Source: Promethearchaeota archaeon
GTDB taxonomy: Archaea > Asgardarchaeota > Lokiarchaeia > Sigyniarchaeales > SOKP01
DNA length: 54,973 nucleotides
Direction: 5' to 3'
Assembly (NCBI GenBank): GCA_048938025.1
Contig: JBHLMP010000021.1
Span: forward strand, 1-54,973
Shown in pieces: positions 1-9,161 of the stretch. Under the pieces are notes generated by a model. That model did no database searches, was not told where the DNA came from, and saw nothing but the letters and a program-made list of their open reading frames with translations. Position numbers and translations under genes: made by a program. Position 1 is the stretch's first letter; the number at the start of each line of letters is the position of its first letter.

Positions 1-384
1 AAACCAAACAGGGCTCTTATCATCAACAACTCCATTATAATTCATTGTTAATTCTTCACCCTTAGAAATATCTCTTATTGCTATGAACTTTATAGAATCA
101 TTTCTATAATTATACTCATATCGAACATTTGGAGTATAAGAATGATTCATAAACTGACAGTTAGTCATAGCAAGAGCCATTTTGTATTCTGATTTATATT
201 TTGGATTTTCCCACATAAAACAATAATTTGAAACAATAGTTTTATCAATTAGTTCATAATCTTTATTAGGAATTAAGAGGACGTTAGCAACGTTAATAAC
301 TTTTCCTTTCTTAATTTGCTGTTTAGCAAATAATCCTTTCCCTTTTTTAAAAGATATATATTTAACTTCTATTAAATCATTCAT
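1..384 (-). CDS. SET-domain protein (putative lysine methyltransferase), 3' end runs off the window
   Basis: Missing from the ORF track; translated by hand from ATG at 384 (GGTGA 5 nt upstream): MNDLIEVKYISFKKGKGLFAKQQIKKG...CQFMNHSYTPNVRY...FIAIRDISKGEELTMNY, containing the SET motifs GxGLFA, NHSxxPN and GEELTxxY. Confidence 0.9.
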   Translation of the reverse strand, partial: MNDLIEVKYISFKKGKGLFAKQQIKKGKVINVANVLLIPNKDYELIDKTIVSNYCFMWENPKYKSEYKMALAMTNCQFMNHSYTPNVRYEYNYRNDSIKFIAIRDISKGEELTMNYNGVVDDKSPVWF

Positions 385-491
385 AAATTTCACCAATTTA
401 TTTAAAATGCACAATAATATATTTAAATTTTTATTATTTCATATGTGGAAGTTTCATAAATTTTTGATTTAAAAAAATAGTATGATATATT

Positions 492-935
492 TTGATTAAA
501 AGAACAAATATCCAAGTACTTATTTTTACCAGAACTCCAGAATTAAAATTTTTAATTCTTAAAAGAACTCCTGAACGGAGTGGATATTGGCAACCTGTTT
601 GTGGAGGTTTAGAGAAAGGAGAGCAACCAATAGAAACAGCTAAAAGAGAAATTCTAGAAGAAACTGGAATTGAAAAATTAGAGAATATATATGATTTAGA
701 TTATACTTTTACCTATAAAGAACCAAAAAATGGAATTCTCATGAAAATGCGAGATATTTGTTTTGCTGCCGAAGTTAGTAATGAAATTGAAATAGTTTTA
801 AGCAATGAACATGAAAAATATATATGGTCTACAGAAAAAGAAACAAAAAAGACACTAACATGGAAACCTAGCTTAAAAACTCTTGATAAATTAATGAAGA
901 TATTAAGAAATGAAGAAAAAACTAAATCAGTTTAA
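492..935 (+). CDS. NUDIX hydrolase (NudB/dATP pyrophosphatase-like)
   Basis: Nudix box GGLEKGEQPIETAKREILEETGI; WQPVCG and LSNEH motifs. Confidence 0.9.
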   Translation: MIKRTNIQVLIFTRTPELKFLILKRTPERSGYWQPVCGGLEKGEQPIETAKREILEETGIEKLENIYDLDYTFTYKEPKNGILMKMRDICFAAEVSNEIEIVLSNEHEKYIWSTEKETKKTLTWKPSLKTLDKLMKILRNEEKTKSV

Positions 936-970
936 TGATTTGCTTATTTGAAATATTTTAACATAGATTT

Positions 971-1570
971 TTATTCAATTGAAGCATGACGTTTATCAAT
1001 GTCATTTTCAGTAACGTTTAAGAGATTCATTAAAACACTTCCAATTGCATCTAAAACCGATAATGTAGAAATGTCAAATAGACTTGTATAGGGAGCAAGA
1101 GTTTCTTTAGTTACTGCAGCATCTTTACTCTTTCCTTTAAGTTCTATAACGATATCACTTACTTTTCCAATTGAACTGTCGATATTTGTAGTAAATAACG
1201 CAACTTTTCCTCCTATTTCCCTAGCTTTTTCAGCTATTGCGACTGGAGATGTTGTCTCTCCACTACCACTAATTAAAATAAGAAGATCATCTTTAGTATA
1301 GCGAGGTGTTGTTGCATCAGATATAAAAGTGGAATTAATATCTAAATGCATTAATCTTTGAGCAAAACAGCGACCTATATAGCCGGATCTCCCTGCCCCA
1401 TACACAAATACCTTATTATTTTCAGTTTTTATTCTAAGAATGAGATTTACCAATTTCAAAATTTTATCAAAATCAAGCATTTCAGAATTTATATTGATTT
1501 GATTTGCTATTTCGAGCAAGGTTTCTTTAAATCTTTTAAGTATCTTCTCATTTTCCATTTTTACACTCAT
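971..1570 (-). CDS. hxlB: 6-phospho-3-hexuloisomerase (SIS domain)
   Basis: VFVYGAGRSG, FAQRLMHL, ISGSGET and C-terminal RHASIE; start moved to ATG 1570 to avoid overlap with the upstream gene. Confidence 0.85.
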   Translation of the reverse strand: MSVKMENEKILKRFKETLLEIANQININSEMLDFDKILKLVNLILRIKTENNKVFVYGAGRSGYIGRCFAQRLMHLDINSTFISDATTPRYTKDDLLILISGSGETTSPVAIAEKAREIGGKVALFTTNIDSSIGKVSDIVIELKGKSKDAAVTKETLAPYTSLFDISTLSVLDAIGSVLMNLLNVTENDIDKRHASIE

Positions 1571-1577
1571 ATGAGAT

Positions 1578-2822
1578 TTATTCTTCTCTAAAGATTTCTG
1601 GATGGACACATCTTCTCCATTCTTCTACAGTCTCTTTAGGACCTAGACCAATAAGTAAATCACCTTCTTGAAAAATAAAATCAGGTTTAAAAATGTAAAT
1701 CCACCTTTTTTCTCTTTTCAAGGCTATTATATGGAAACCTCTCTTATAACGTTTATCTTGAAGCTCTTTATACGTTTTTCCTTTAAAGTAGGAATCTTCT
1801 GATAATGTTTCACGAACGACGATTTCAGCTGTTTCTTCAATAGCTTTTTGAAGTATGATATGAGGTTCAAATCCCTTTAAAATATTTTCTACTATATGGG
1901 CGGCAGCATCAGATATTTGTTCACATGAAAATACAATACGCATTATACCAGTTAAAGCTCTTGGATTATCAAGCTCATGAGCAAAATCTAGCAAATCTTT
2001 TTCAAATGTAATATTAAGCCCATCCATTAATTCTTCCATCTCTAAAACATCTTCAGCAACTTCATAACTATTAAAAAATAAAGCAGCTAAGGCTAATTCA
2101 ATCATCGTCTCAGAAATATCAGTTATATAAATATAATCCCTTTTTAAATCTTGAAGGTATTCAAAAATTTCCGGATTTTGTAAATCAAATTCAGGTTGAT
2201 TTTGCTCTTTTTCTAAATTAAATCTAATTTCTTCATCGTCTAGTGCTATTTTTTTAACTTCTCTAATCAGTTCTAGTTCCCCTTTCACAATTAAAATATC
2301 ATCTTTAAGAACTTGTTCGTCTTTACTGAAAAGCCAATTATTATTCCTTCGTATTGCTATTAGATCTACACCATGCCAGGATCTAAAGTGAATTTCTCTT
2401 CGAGGTTGATTAATAAATTCACAACCTTCTCTTACTGTAATTTTCACTATTGGTTCTGGAACTTCATCCCAGAATAATTGAGTAAATTCACTAATATTAC
2501 TATTAATAAAAACAACTTTAGCAATATCTGCAAGTGCATCTGAAATTTTATCAATAGAATATCCCATTACTACGATTGGTTCTAATTTCTTTGCCTCTTC
2601 AAATCCCCCTATCTGAGTTTGAACAATTTGTACATTCAGGAGGAATGTCAATTCGTGAATACGCTTTTCAATTTTAGAGACTTCATCAGCAAGTTCTTTA
2701 CTACTGAACTTAATTGCACTATAAGCTAAATCTATCATTAAATCGATATTTTGTTTCATCTCTCTTAAAATATCTTTTAATGATAAAGGCTTGTATTTAA
2801 ATTTCTTCTTTTTTTCTGGCAT
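1578..2822 (-). CDS. Duplicated PhoU + TrkA-C (RCK-C) domain protein, probable transporter regulator
   Basis: Two PhoU-like helical units (LMIDLAYSA...DKISDALADIA; TMIELALAA...EQISDAAAHI), each followed by a TrkA-C unit (GVDLIAIRR...DDILIVKG; GFHIIALKR...GDLLIGLG). Confidence 0.8.
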   Translation of the reverse strand: MPEKKKKFKYKPLSLKDILREMKQNIDLMIDLAYSAIKFSSKELADEVSKIEKRIHELTFLLNVQIVQTQIGGFEEAKKLEPIVVMGYSIDKISDALADIAKVVFINSNISEFTQLFWDEVPEPIVKITVREGCEFINQPRREIHFRSWHGVDLIAIRRNNNWLFSKDEQVLKDDILIVKGELELIREVKKIALDDEEIRFNLEKEQNQPEFDLQNPEIFEYLQDLKRDYIYITDISETMIELALAALFFNSYEVAEDVLEMEELMDGLNITFEKDLLDFAHELDNPRALTGIMRIVFSCEQISDAAAHIVENILKGFEPHIILQKAIEETAEIVVRETLSEDSYFKGKTYKELQDKRYKRGFHIIALKREKRWIYIFKPDFIFQEGDLLIGLGPKETVEEWRRCVHPEIFREE

Positions 2823-2856
2823 TCTAATTTAAAAACTCTTTTCTCCTTTGATTATT

Positions 2857-3408
2857 TTAAATAAAAATATATATAAAAATTATTAGAAGTAATGGTGTTA
2901 AAAAATCTAGTAAAGAGGTGATGAAAGGGATTAAAAAATTATTTGGGTCATTACCTCGTTTAAAAAGAAAAATAGAACTAATAAATAAAAAAGTAAATAT
3001 ACAACCAAATAATAATAACACTGTAAGTAAAAGGATTATGAATATTAAAAACGGATTAACAAGATCCATTCCAGTAGCAATTCCCATACTATATCCTAAA
3101 ATAATTAAAGCAATTAAACTTAATAAAATTGTTATTAATAATCCAAGAAAATCTTCTTTTAGTCTCTCTGATTTTTGAATTTTGGGAGGAATTGTACCTA
3201 TATAGAGATGAGTAGTTAATCTTGAAATTAAAACGGTCGAAATATCACCAGTCAGGGAATTTAACGCGGGAAGTATTAGAAGTATAACAGGGAAACTATA
3301 TAATATTTCTTCATTACTTGATAACACTGAACCAGAAAAAATTCCTATAATAGATGACAAAATAACTATTATTATAGATTCCTTTATAATTTTTTTAAAA
3401 TAATCCAT
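2857..3408 (-). CDS. MgtE/SLC41-type divalent cation transporter membrane domain
   Basis: Five hydrophobic segments; LPALNSLTGDISTVLISRLTT and DPNNFLIPFITSLLD motifs. Confidence 0.8.
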   Translation of the reverse strand: MDYFKKIIKESIIIVILSSIIGIFSGSVLSSNEEILYSFPVILLILPALNSLTGDISTVLISRLTTHLYIGTIPPKIQKSERLKEDFLGLLITILLSLIALIILGYSMGIATGMDLVNPFLIFIILLLTVLLLFGCIFTFLFISSIFLFKRGNDPNNFLIPFITSLLDFLTPLLLIIFIYIFI

Positions 3409-3963
3409 TTAGGGCACCTCTAATATTACTAGCGTTAAATAGAAACAGATCACCATCATAAAATCACCAACGGCCGTCATAACAGGATTAACGATATTAT
3501 TTGGATTTAAACCATATTTAAATGTAATATAATTTAGGATTGTAGAAATTGGGATTGTAATTGATAAAGTTAAAAGGATAGAAACAATTGGGATTAAAAT
3601 TAAGTTTTTTATTGAAATGCTAAATATTCGAATAAAGAAGAAGTTTAAGAAAATACCAAAAAATGCGATTATGAGGGCAGTTATTATGGATAAAAAATAT
3701 GTAGCAATAACATTTTCTAACCATCTTCTTATGTGAAATTCTCCAATTATAAAATTACTCGCTGTTCGTGCAATAAAAGGAGCAGTAATATTCCCCCTTA
3801 ATGATAACAATGCTGGAATAATTAATATCAATAGAGGAAAGCTTTTAAAAGGCAAAATTAATAGTGAGAGAGCTATTCCTGCAAAAATATCTCCCACAAT
3901 TGAAATAATTTCTGATGGAAATGTCTCTTTAACGATCTTTCCTTTAGTGTCTTGAGACGACAT
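3409..3963 (-). CDS. MgtE/SLC41-type divalent cation transporter membrane domain
   Basis: IPALLSLRGNITAPFIAR and NPNNIVNPVMTAVGD motifs; its stop abuts the next start (TAA ATG). Confidence 0.8.
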   Translation of the reverse strand: MSSQDTKGKIVKETFPSEIISIVGDIFAGIALSLLILPFKSFPLLILIIPALLSLRGNITAPFIARTASNFIIGEFHIRRWLENVIATYFLSIITALIIAFFGIFLNFFFIRIFSISIKNLILIPIVSILLTLSITIPISTILNYITFKYGLNPNNIVNPVMTAVGDFMMVICFYLTLVILEVP

Positions 3964-4242
3964 ATACCATCCTCATCAGAATTCATTGTTTCAACTATAA
4001 TACTTTCATTCATAATTTTTTAAATTTTCTAATGATTAAAGCTATTAAAAGATTCCTAGAAAAGGTTTATTAGTTAATTATTAAAGATCTCCTTCAATTT
4101 AAATATTTATTTAACACTAATTTGATTACAATCTTGCTTAAATTTTAATCAAGTAAGATTTCATAAGAAAATTGATAAGTATAATTAGTCATACCTAATA
4201 AGAAAATAAAAAAAAAGGAATTAATTGGAAATTTCCTACAAA

Positions 4243-6666
4243 TTATTTTCGTTGTCTTTTAATTATTATACCAGAAACAATAAGTATTCCTATTATGAAG
4301 ACTATTACATTATATCCTGGGATTATAGGTTCTTCCTCTGGTGCAGTTACTGGAATATAAGACATCGCCGAAATTACTCCCATTGGTCCCCAAGCTTCCA
4401 TTTCAATAGTGATTGAGTTGGTTCCATAATCGTAGATAATAGATGCATAAAAGTCTGGAGGAGCCGGATCCCATTCTAATGTTCCGCTCATGTTATAAGC
4501 AAAAAATAATGGTGCAATATCGTGGAGATCGAGTGAAGACGGAAATGTAATTGTCATAGTCAAATTACCAACTATTAATCCATTATTAACTATAAGTTGA
4601 TCAAAATAGGCTAAAGCAGTACCATTAGGCAAGGAAGCATTCACAGGATTATAGGGAAGAAAATTATAGATATATTCAACTCCAGGACCTCCAACAGCAA
4701 CATCAAACTCAACATTTACGGTCATATCTGTTATAAAATCACTCTGTAATGGAAAACTGTGTGTACCAGGAGCACATGCCCTATAAAATTTAGGATAAAC
4801 TGACATGTAATTCCATCCTCCTCCTGGCCCTGGCAAATTACCCCAGCCATCCATCATGGTCATTCTACCCGAAGCCTCATCAAAGTAGAAGTGTAGCGTT
4901 CTATCTAATGTGGAATTTCTAAGGATTACATGTCCAGTACTATATGTTATATCGTCGTAAACAGGACTAAACGCATCAAAAATATTTGTAAGTTCTGAAA
5001 CAGAGGTATCTTCAGGCATTAAGATTGGCATTAAGCGCATTTCAAAAATTATTGGTGAAATTGGCCAATAGATATTTGCTATAGCAAAGAAATCTGTACC
5101 ACCATAATCCCATAAGAGTGTTGATGGATTCCATCCTTCATAAGAAGCAAATGGACAAGAGAAAAACTGATACTCTGGTTGACCTGAAGGTAAAGTCCAT
5201 GGAATTCCATAATAATTATAATATTCTTCTATAAATGTTAGATTCGCGAAATATGTATAAGTTGCAATTATTGTTGCTTTAACATCTCTAAATCCATTCT
5301 CATAATCATCATTTTGTTTGAAATATATAATATCACCAATATTTACCGACCAATCAACTAAACTATGCGTTTTTAATTCGTATAACATAAAACTACCGTT
5401 AATAAACATTTCAAAAGAATTAGCCATACCGGTAGTTTTACTTATAATAATTCTTACATAGTCTGTACCAGTGGAATTCCTTAAAAAAACGTCATAATAT
5501 CCATTTTCATTATAGTGGATCTCATCAAATTGCATAGTCTCCGAGATACGAAGTGTATCATTATTCCACATAAATTCAATGTGTTCCCGGGGAATATTAA
5601 TAGGCCAGAGAAAAGGCATTATATTTTCCTCTTGGGCATCATCATAATATTGAGGATAAAAATTATTGGCTGCGCCTACTATAACATTATCCATGAATTC
5701 ATAATCAGTTCCATTCCACCAGGATCTATCAGCATAAGCAACTTCATAAACCATATAAACAGGTTCTTCCTCTGAGAATCCATTTTTAGTCTTATTAAAT
5801 AAAATTGGAGAAAATCCTGTAATATTTATTTTCCATTCCATAGCTTCTTCAAAAGGATCAGGATCCTCAACGGAATCATAGTAAAAGGTATCTCCGGGAC
5901 TTACACCCCACTCAACCTCGTCGGTGATATCATAATCGAAGACTTGTCTCATTGTAGCGTTAATATAAACCGGACCCTCACCCATATTAGCAATTAAAAA
6001 TGCACTGCCCATTTCCATTGTACCATTATTAAAATACGTCCCATCAGTGAAATAACCTTCAGTTTCATTATAAAAGTATATTCTATTTCCAGGACCAGTT
6101 GAATAATTACTAAAACTATTAAATGCCATTTGATACATCGGTGATCCATAAAAAGATTCATTTAGAATGCCAGCTATAATATCCACGTCGAAGTTTGAGC
6201 CGTTAATTGGTAGAAGAAAAGGCATTCCATTACGACCTGCCATATATTTATGCTTAATTGGATCAGCATCATGATATCCGAAGAGGGCAAGTTCTTGGGA
6301 ATCGTCATATGCTTCTAGCTCAGAGAGGTCATTATAACATTGTGTAGCGTTTACTTGGGAATAGTCCCTGACTCCATAACCAGCATCGATTGTAACGTTA
6401 TTAATAGATGTTATATTATAAATCCAGATATCCTTAAACATCATATAGATTTCACCAGTACTGGCATTTGTTAATATGAATTCTCCTTCAAAATAGATTT
6501 GATCTCCTACCTCAACATCCCAGTGCCATCCATTGTTAGGATGTGCGACAGGTATATCGTCGGGGCCTCCTTGAACATTTGTCATCAGTGAACTTAACGC
6601 TAATAGTGTAGGAATAGTAATTAAAAGAATTAATATATATTGTTTGCTCTTTTTTAAATTTCTCAT
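4243..6666 (-). CDS. Large secreted cell-surface glycoprotein with IPGY (Loki-CTERM-like) C-terminal anchor
   Basis: N-terminal signal peptide; many N-x-S/T sequons; ends IIPGY + hydrophobic helix + KRQRK; three internal WxVxxGDxxY units. Confidence 0.8.
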   Translation of the reverse strand: MRNLKKSKQYILILLITIPTLLALSSLMTNVQGGPDDIPVAHPNNGWHWDVEVGDQIYFEGEFILTNASTGEIYMMFKDIWIYNITSINNVTIDAGYGVRDYSQVNATQCYNDLSELEAYDDSQELALFGYHDADPIKHKYMAGRNGMPFLLPINGSNFDVDIIAGILNESFYGSPMYQMAFNSFSNYSTGPGNRIYFYNETEGYFTDGTYFNNGTMEMGSAFLIANMGEGPVYINATMRQVFDYDITDEVEWGVSPGDTFYYDSVEDPDPFEEAMEWKINITGFSPILFNKTKNGFSEEEPVYMVYEVAYADRSWWNGTDYEFMDNVIVGAANNFYPQYYDDAQEENIMPFLWPINIPREHIEFMWNNDTLRISETMQFDEIHYNENGYYDVFLRNSTGTDYVRIIISKTTGMANSFEMFINGSFMLYELKTHSLVDWSVNIGDIIYFKQNDDYENGFRDVKATIIATYTYFANLTFIEEYYNYYGIPWTLPSGQPEYQFFSCPFASYEGWNPSTLLWDYGGTDFFAIANIYWPISPIIFEMRLMPILMPEDTSVSELTNIFDAFSPVYDDITYSTGHVILRNSTLDRTLHFYFDEASGRMTMMDGWGNLPGPGGGWNYMSVYPKFYRACAPGTHSFPLQSDFITDMTVNVEFDVAVGGPGVEYIYNFLPYNPVNASLPNGTALAYFDQLIVNNGLIVGNLTMTITFPSSLDLHDIAPLFFAYNMSGTLEWDPAPPDFYASIIYDYGTNSITIEMEAWGPMGVISAMSYIPVTAPEEEPIIPGYNVIVFIIGILIVSGIIIKRQRK

Positions 6667-6868
6667 AAAACATCAAATATATTCTTATATTTTAAATTAA
6701 AAAATTGATTAAGAAAATAAGAGGTCATTTAAGTTTTTATATTTATTGGTACTTTCGAAAAAAATGTAAAAATTAGAGTTAAATCTTCTTTTAAAATGTA
6801 ATTTAGAAAAGTTAAATAAACTGACTATAGTAGAATAACTTTATTTATTATTATATTATTTTTTAGTA

Positions 6869-7579
6869 TTGATGAGATTTCAACAATATGAATCTAGGTT
6901 TAAAGCAGGGGAATTTTTAGCAGAATTTATTAAAGAGGAAGCTAAAGTTTTAAATAACCTCATCAATCAAAATTCAAATTATTTTTTTTGTTTTGCTATT
7001 CCTAATGGGGGAATTTCTGTAAGTGAGGGTTTTTGCTCCAAATATAACATCAAATATGATATTTTAATCGTCCGAAAAATAAAAATACCTTTTAATACAG
7101 AAGCAGGCTTTGGATCTGTAACTACAGATGGCACTATTTTAATTAATGAGCCTCTCCTAAATCAATTACGGCTTACTGAAAAAGCAGTAGAAGATTCAAT
7201 TGATTTAACAAAACAAGAGATTCAAGATAGACTGAAATTTTATAATAAAGATGTAAATTTGGAAGAACTTTATAAGAAAAATATTCAAAATAAATATATT
7301 TTCATATTTGATGATGGATTAGCTTCAGGTTTTACGATGTTAGCGGCAATTAAAATGATAAAAAAGTATAACCCTATGAAGATTTTTATAGCTGTACCAA
7401 CAGCTCCTTCAAGAACAATTAAAAGAGTTATTCAGGAGGTAGATGAGATCTTTTGCCCTAACATACGAGATGTCATGTGGTTTGCTGTTGCTGATGCATA
7501 CAAAAATTGGTATGATGTTCCTGAGAGGGAAGTTATAGAAATATTAAATAATTCCCAGTATTATATCTCTAATATTTAA
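6869..7579 (+). CDS. Phosphoribosyltransferase-family protein
   Basis: AIPNGG, VRKIKIPFNTEAGFG, PRPP-binding IFDDGLASGFTM, AVPTAP. Confidence 0.85.
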   Translation: MMRFQQYESRFKAGEFLAEFIKEEAKVLNNLINQNSNYFFCFAIPNGGISVSEGFCSKYNIKYDILIVRKIKIPFNTEAGFGSVTTDGTILINEPLLNQLRLTEKAVEDSIDLTKQEIQDRLKFYNKDVNLEELYKKNIQNKYIFIFDDGLASGFTMLAAIKMIKKYNPMKIFIAVPTAPSRTIKRVIQEVDEIFCPNIRDVMWFAVADAYKNWYDVPEREVIEILNNSQYYISNI

Positions 7580-7689
7580 TTCGAATTAATTCAAGATTAA
7601 AAAATTTCCATGCCATCTAACTAAAATTTAATTTTGAAGTACTTAATTCGTATGATAACAAAAGAAAAGTAAAAAAAAAAAGAGTATCT

Positions 7690-7956
7690 TTATGAACTAA
7701 TCAAATGGAACAAGATAGAGGCATGCGGGATGTAAAATTCATCGCGTTTTTTAATTACAACAGTGTGAAAATATTCAGCTAGTCCTAGAAAACCTCTGAT
7801 TACAGATTCATCTTCTTCAAATCGGAAAGTAACAACTGCGACTGCAGATGAAGTACTAAAACCCACTTTATCGTATACACGCTCATCAATCAATGGGATT
7901 TTAAGTTCATTGACAATCTCATACACCCTTTTAATGAAAAGTTCCTTTTTTGGCAA
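7690..7956 (-). CDS. Small hypothetical protein, divergent from the proline-rich/actin pair
   Basis: 88-aa ORF with TTG start preceded by AGGTGG; globular composition. Confidence 0.7.
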   Translation of the reverse strand: MPKKELFIKRVYEIVNELKIPLIDERVYDKVGFSTSSAVAVVTFRFEEDESVIRGFLGLAEYFHTVVIKKRDEFYIPHASILFHLISS

Positions 7957-8247
7957 CTTTAACCCACCTAATATTAAAAACGTTAAAGATTATCTTATTT
8001 TAAAAAATTTAATTAATTTTTAATTTTTAATAAATACAATGAAATATAGTATATAATATTATTAGATTTAGGATTTATAATAGTTAATGTTTTTTGTTTT
8101 GAATTTGGAAATACTAAGGATTAAAATTTTGTTTACGGATGGAATAAAAATATAAATACATATTAATATAATAAAAATATAATCAATTATAATAATAATA
8201 TGAATTATTATCTATTTTTCAAAAACAAGAGAGGATTTGAATAAAAC

Positions 8248-8973
8248 GTGGTTTCAAAAGAACAGAAAAAAATCGAACGCGTTATTAACTTTATGAAAAA
8301 AGGCTTAACATCTCTCGCTGATGATCTAGGAGAAACTGTAAAAGGAATAAATGATTTTATTAAATCTTTAGCAAAAGCTCAAAAAGATTTAAAGGAGATT
8401 TCTATTATAGAAGAAGTTACAACTGTAAGTACCTCCTCTAAAAAAGTTGTTGCACCAGCTAGTAGTTCTGCGAAAACAAAAGCTGCAAGTACATTGTTTA
8501 GTTTATTGAGTGGTAGTGGTCAAGAAGGTGCAGCTGTGCCTGCAACAACAGCAGCGACTCTTGGCGCTTCTCCTATCGCCGGTGGTCCTCCAAAACGTCC
8601 AAATAAGAGAGCTACTCCATCAGTACCAACTGTTGGAGCTCCTCCAAAAGCGCCTAGTGGTGGTCCTCCTCAACGGGGCAATTTACCCCCTGCTCCAAAA
8701 TTACCTCCAGCACCAACTCCTGGGGCTGCTCCTCCGACAGCTCCAACTACTGGTGGCCCACCTGCAAAACCACCTTCGTTTGCTAAAAGACCCGGTCCTC
8801 CTGCGGCTCCAACTGGAGCTCGTCCTCCAACACCATCTGCTGGAGCAACAGCTGCAATGCCACCTCCTGCAGCATCGGCAATGGCTCCTAGAGCTGGTGG
8901 AGGATTAAGTTCTCTCCGTGATGAGATGTTAGATGAATTAAACCGATTAAAAAAGATAATGAGAGGAGAGTAA
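8248..8973 (+). CDS. Proline-rich protein with N-terminal helix and C-terminal WH2/VASP-like helix (putative actin regulator)
   Basis: GAGGA before GTG; helical residues about 1-55; about 100-aa P/A/G/T tract (GGPPKRP, LPPAPKLPPAP, GGPPAKPP); ends GGGLSSLRDEMLDELNRLKKIMRGE. CDS is firm, function is inferred. Confidence 0.75.
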   Translation: MVSKEQKKIERVINFMKKGLTSLADDLGETVKGINDFIKSLAKAQKDLKEISIIEEVTTVSTSSKKVVAPASSSAKTKAASTLFSLLSGSGQEGAAVPATTAATLGASPIAGGPPKRPNKRATPSVPTVGAPPKAPSGGPPQRGNLPPAPKLPPAPTPGAAPPTAPTTGGPPAKPPSFAKRPGPPAAPTGARPPTPSAGATAAMPPPAASAMAPRAGGGLSSLRDEMLDELNRLKKIMRGE

Positions 8974-8991
8974 AAAACTTAAAGATACTTG

Positions 8992-9005
8992 TTTTTCTTT
9001 TTCTT
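8992..9005 (+). terminator. Probable oligo-T archaeal terminator
   Basis: TTTTTCTTTTTCTT about 20 nt after the stop at 8973. Confidence 0.35.
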
Positions 9006-9161
9006 CAATTTATATTTGTTTCACTTGTAATATTTTCTTAGACAGTTCTAAAAATTTTATTAGTGTAAAAGTAATTAATATTTTAGACTTAATATAATAT
9101 TATATTAGATATAGTTATTTAGGGATTTTATCTTAAAATTAAATTCTAACTATCATAAGGT

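Noticed and set aside
8510-8908. 132-aa Leu/Gln-rich ORF overlapping the proline-rich gene
   Set aside because: It is the +1 shadow of CCT/CCA/GCT codons, with no SD and no independent features
8896-8970. C-terminal helix as an ESCRT-III MIM1 motif
   Set aside because: It lacks the arginine of LxxRLxxL(K/R) at the expected position and no ESCRT or Vps4 gene is nearby; kept only as an alternative to the WH2 reading
8248-8973. Local GC rise as a sign of horizontal transfer
   Set aside because: Explained by Pro/Ala/Gly content; third positions remain A/T like the rest of the window
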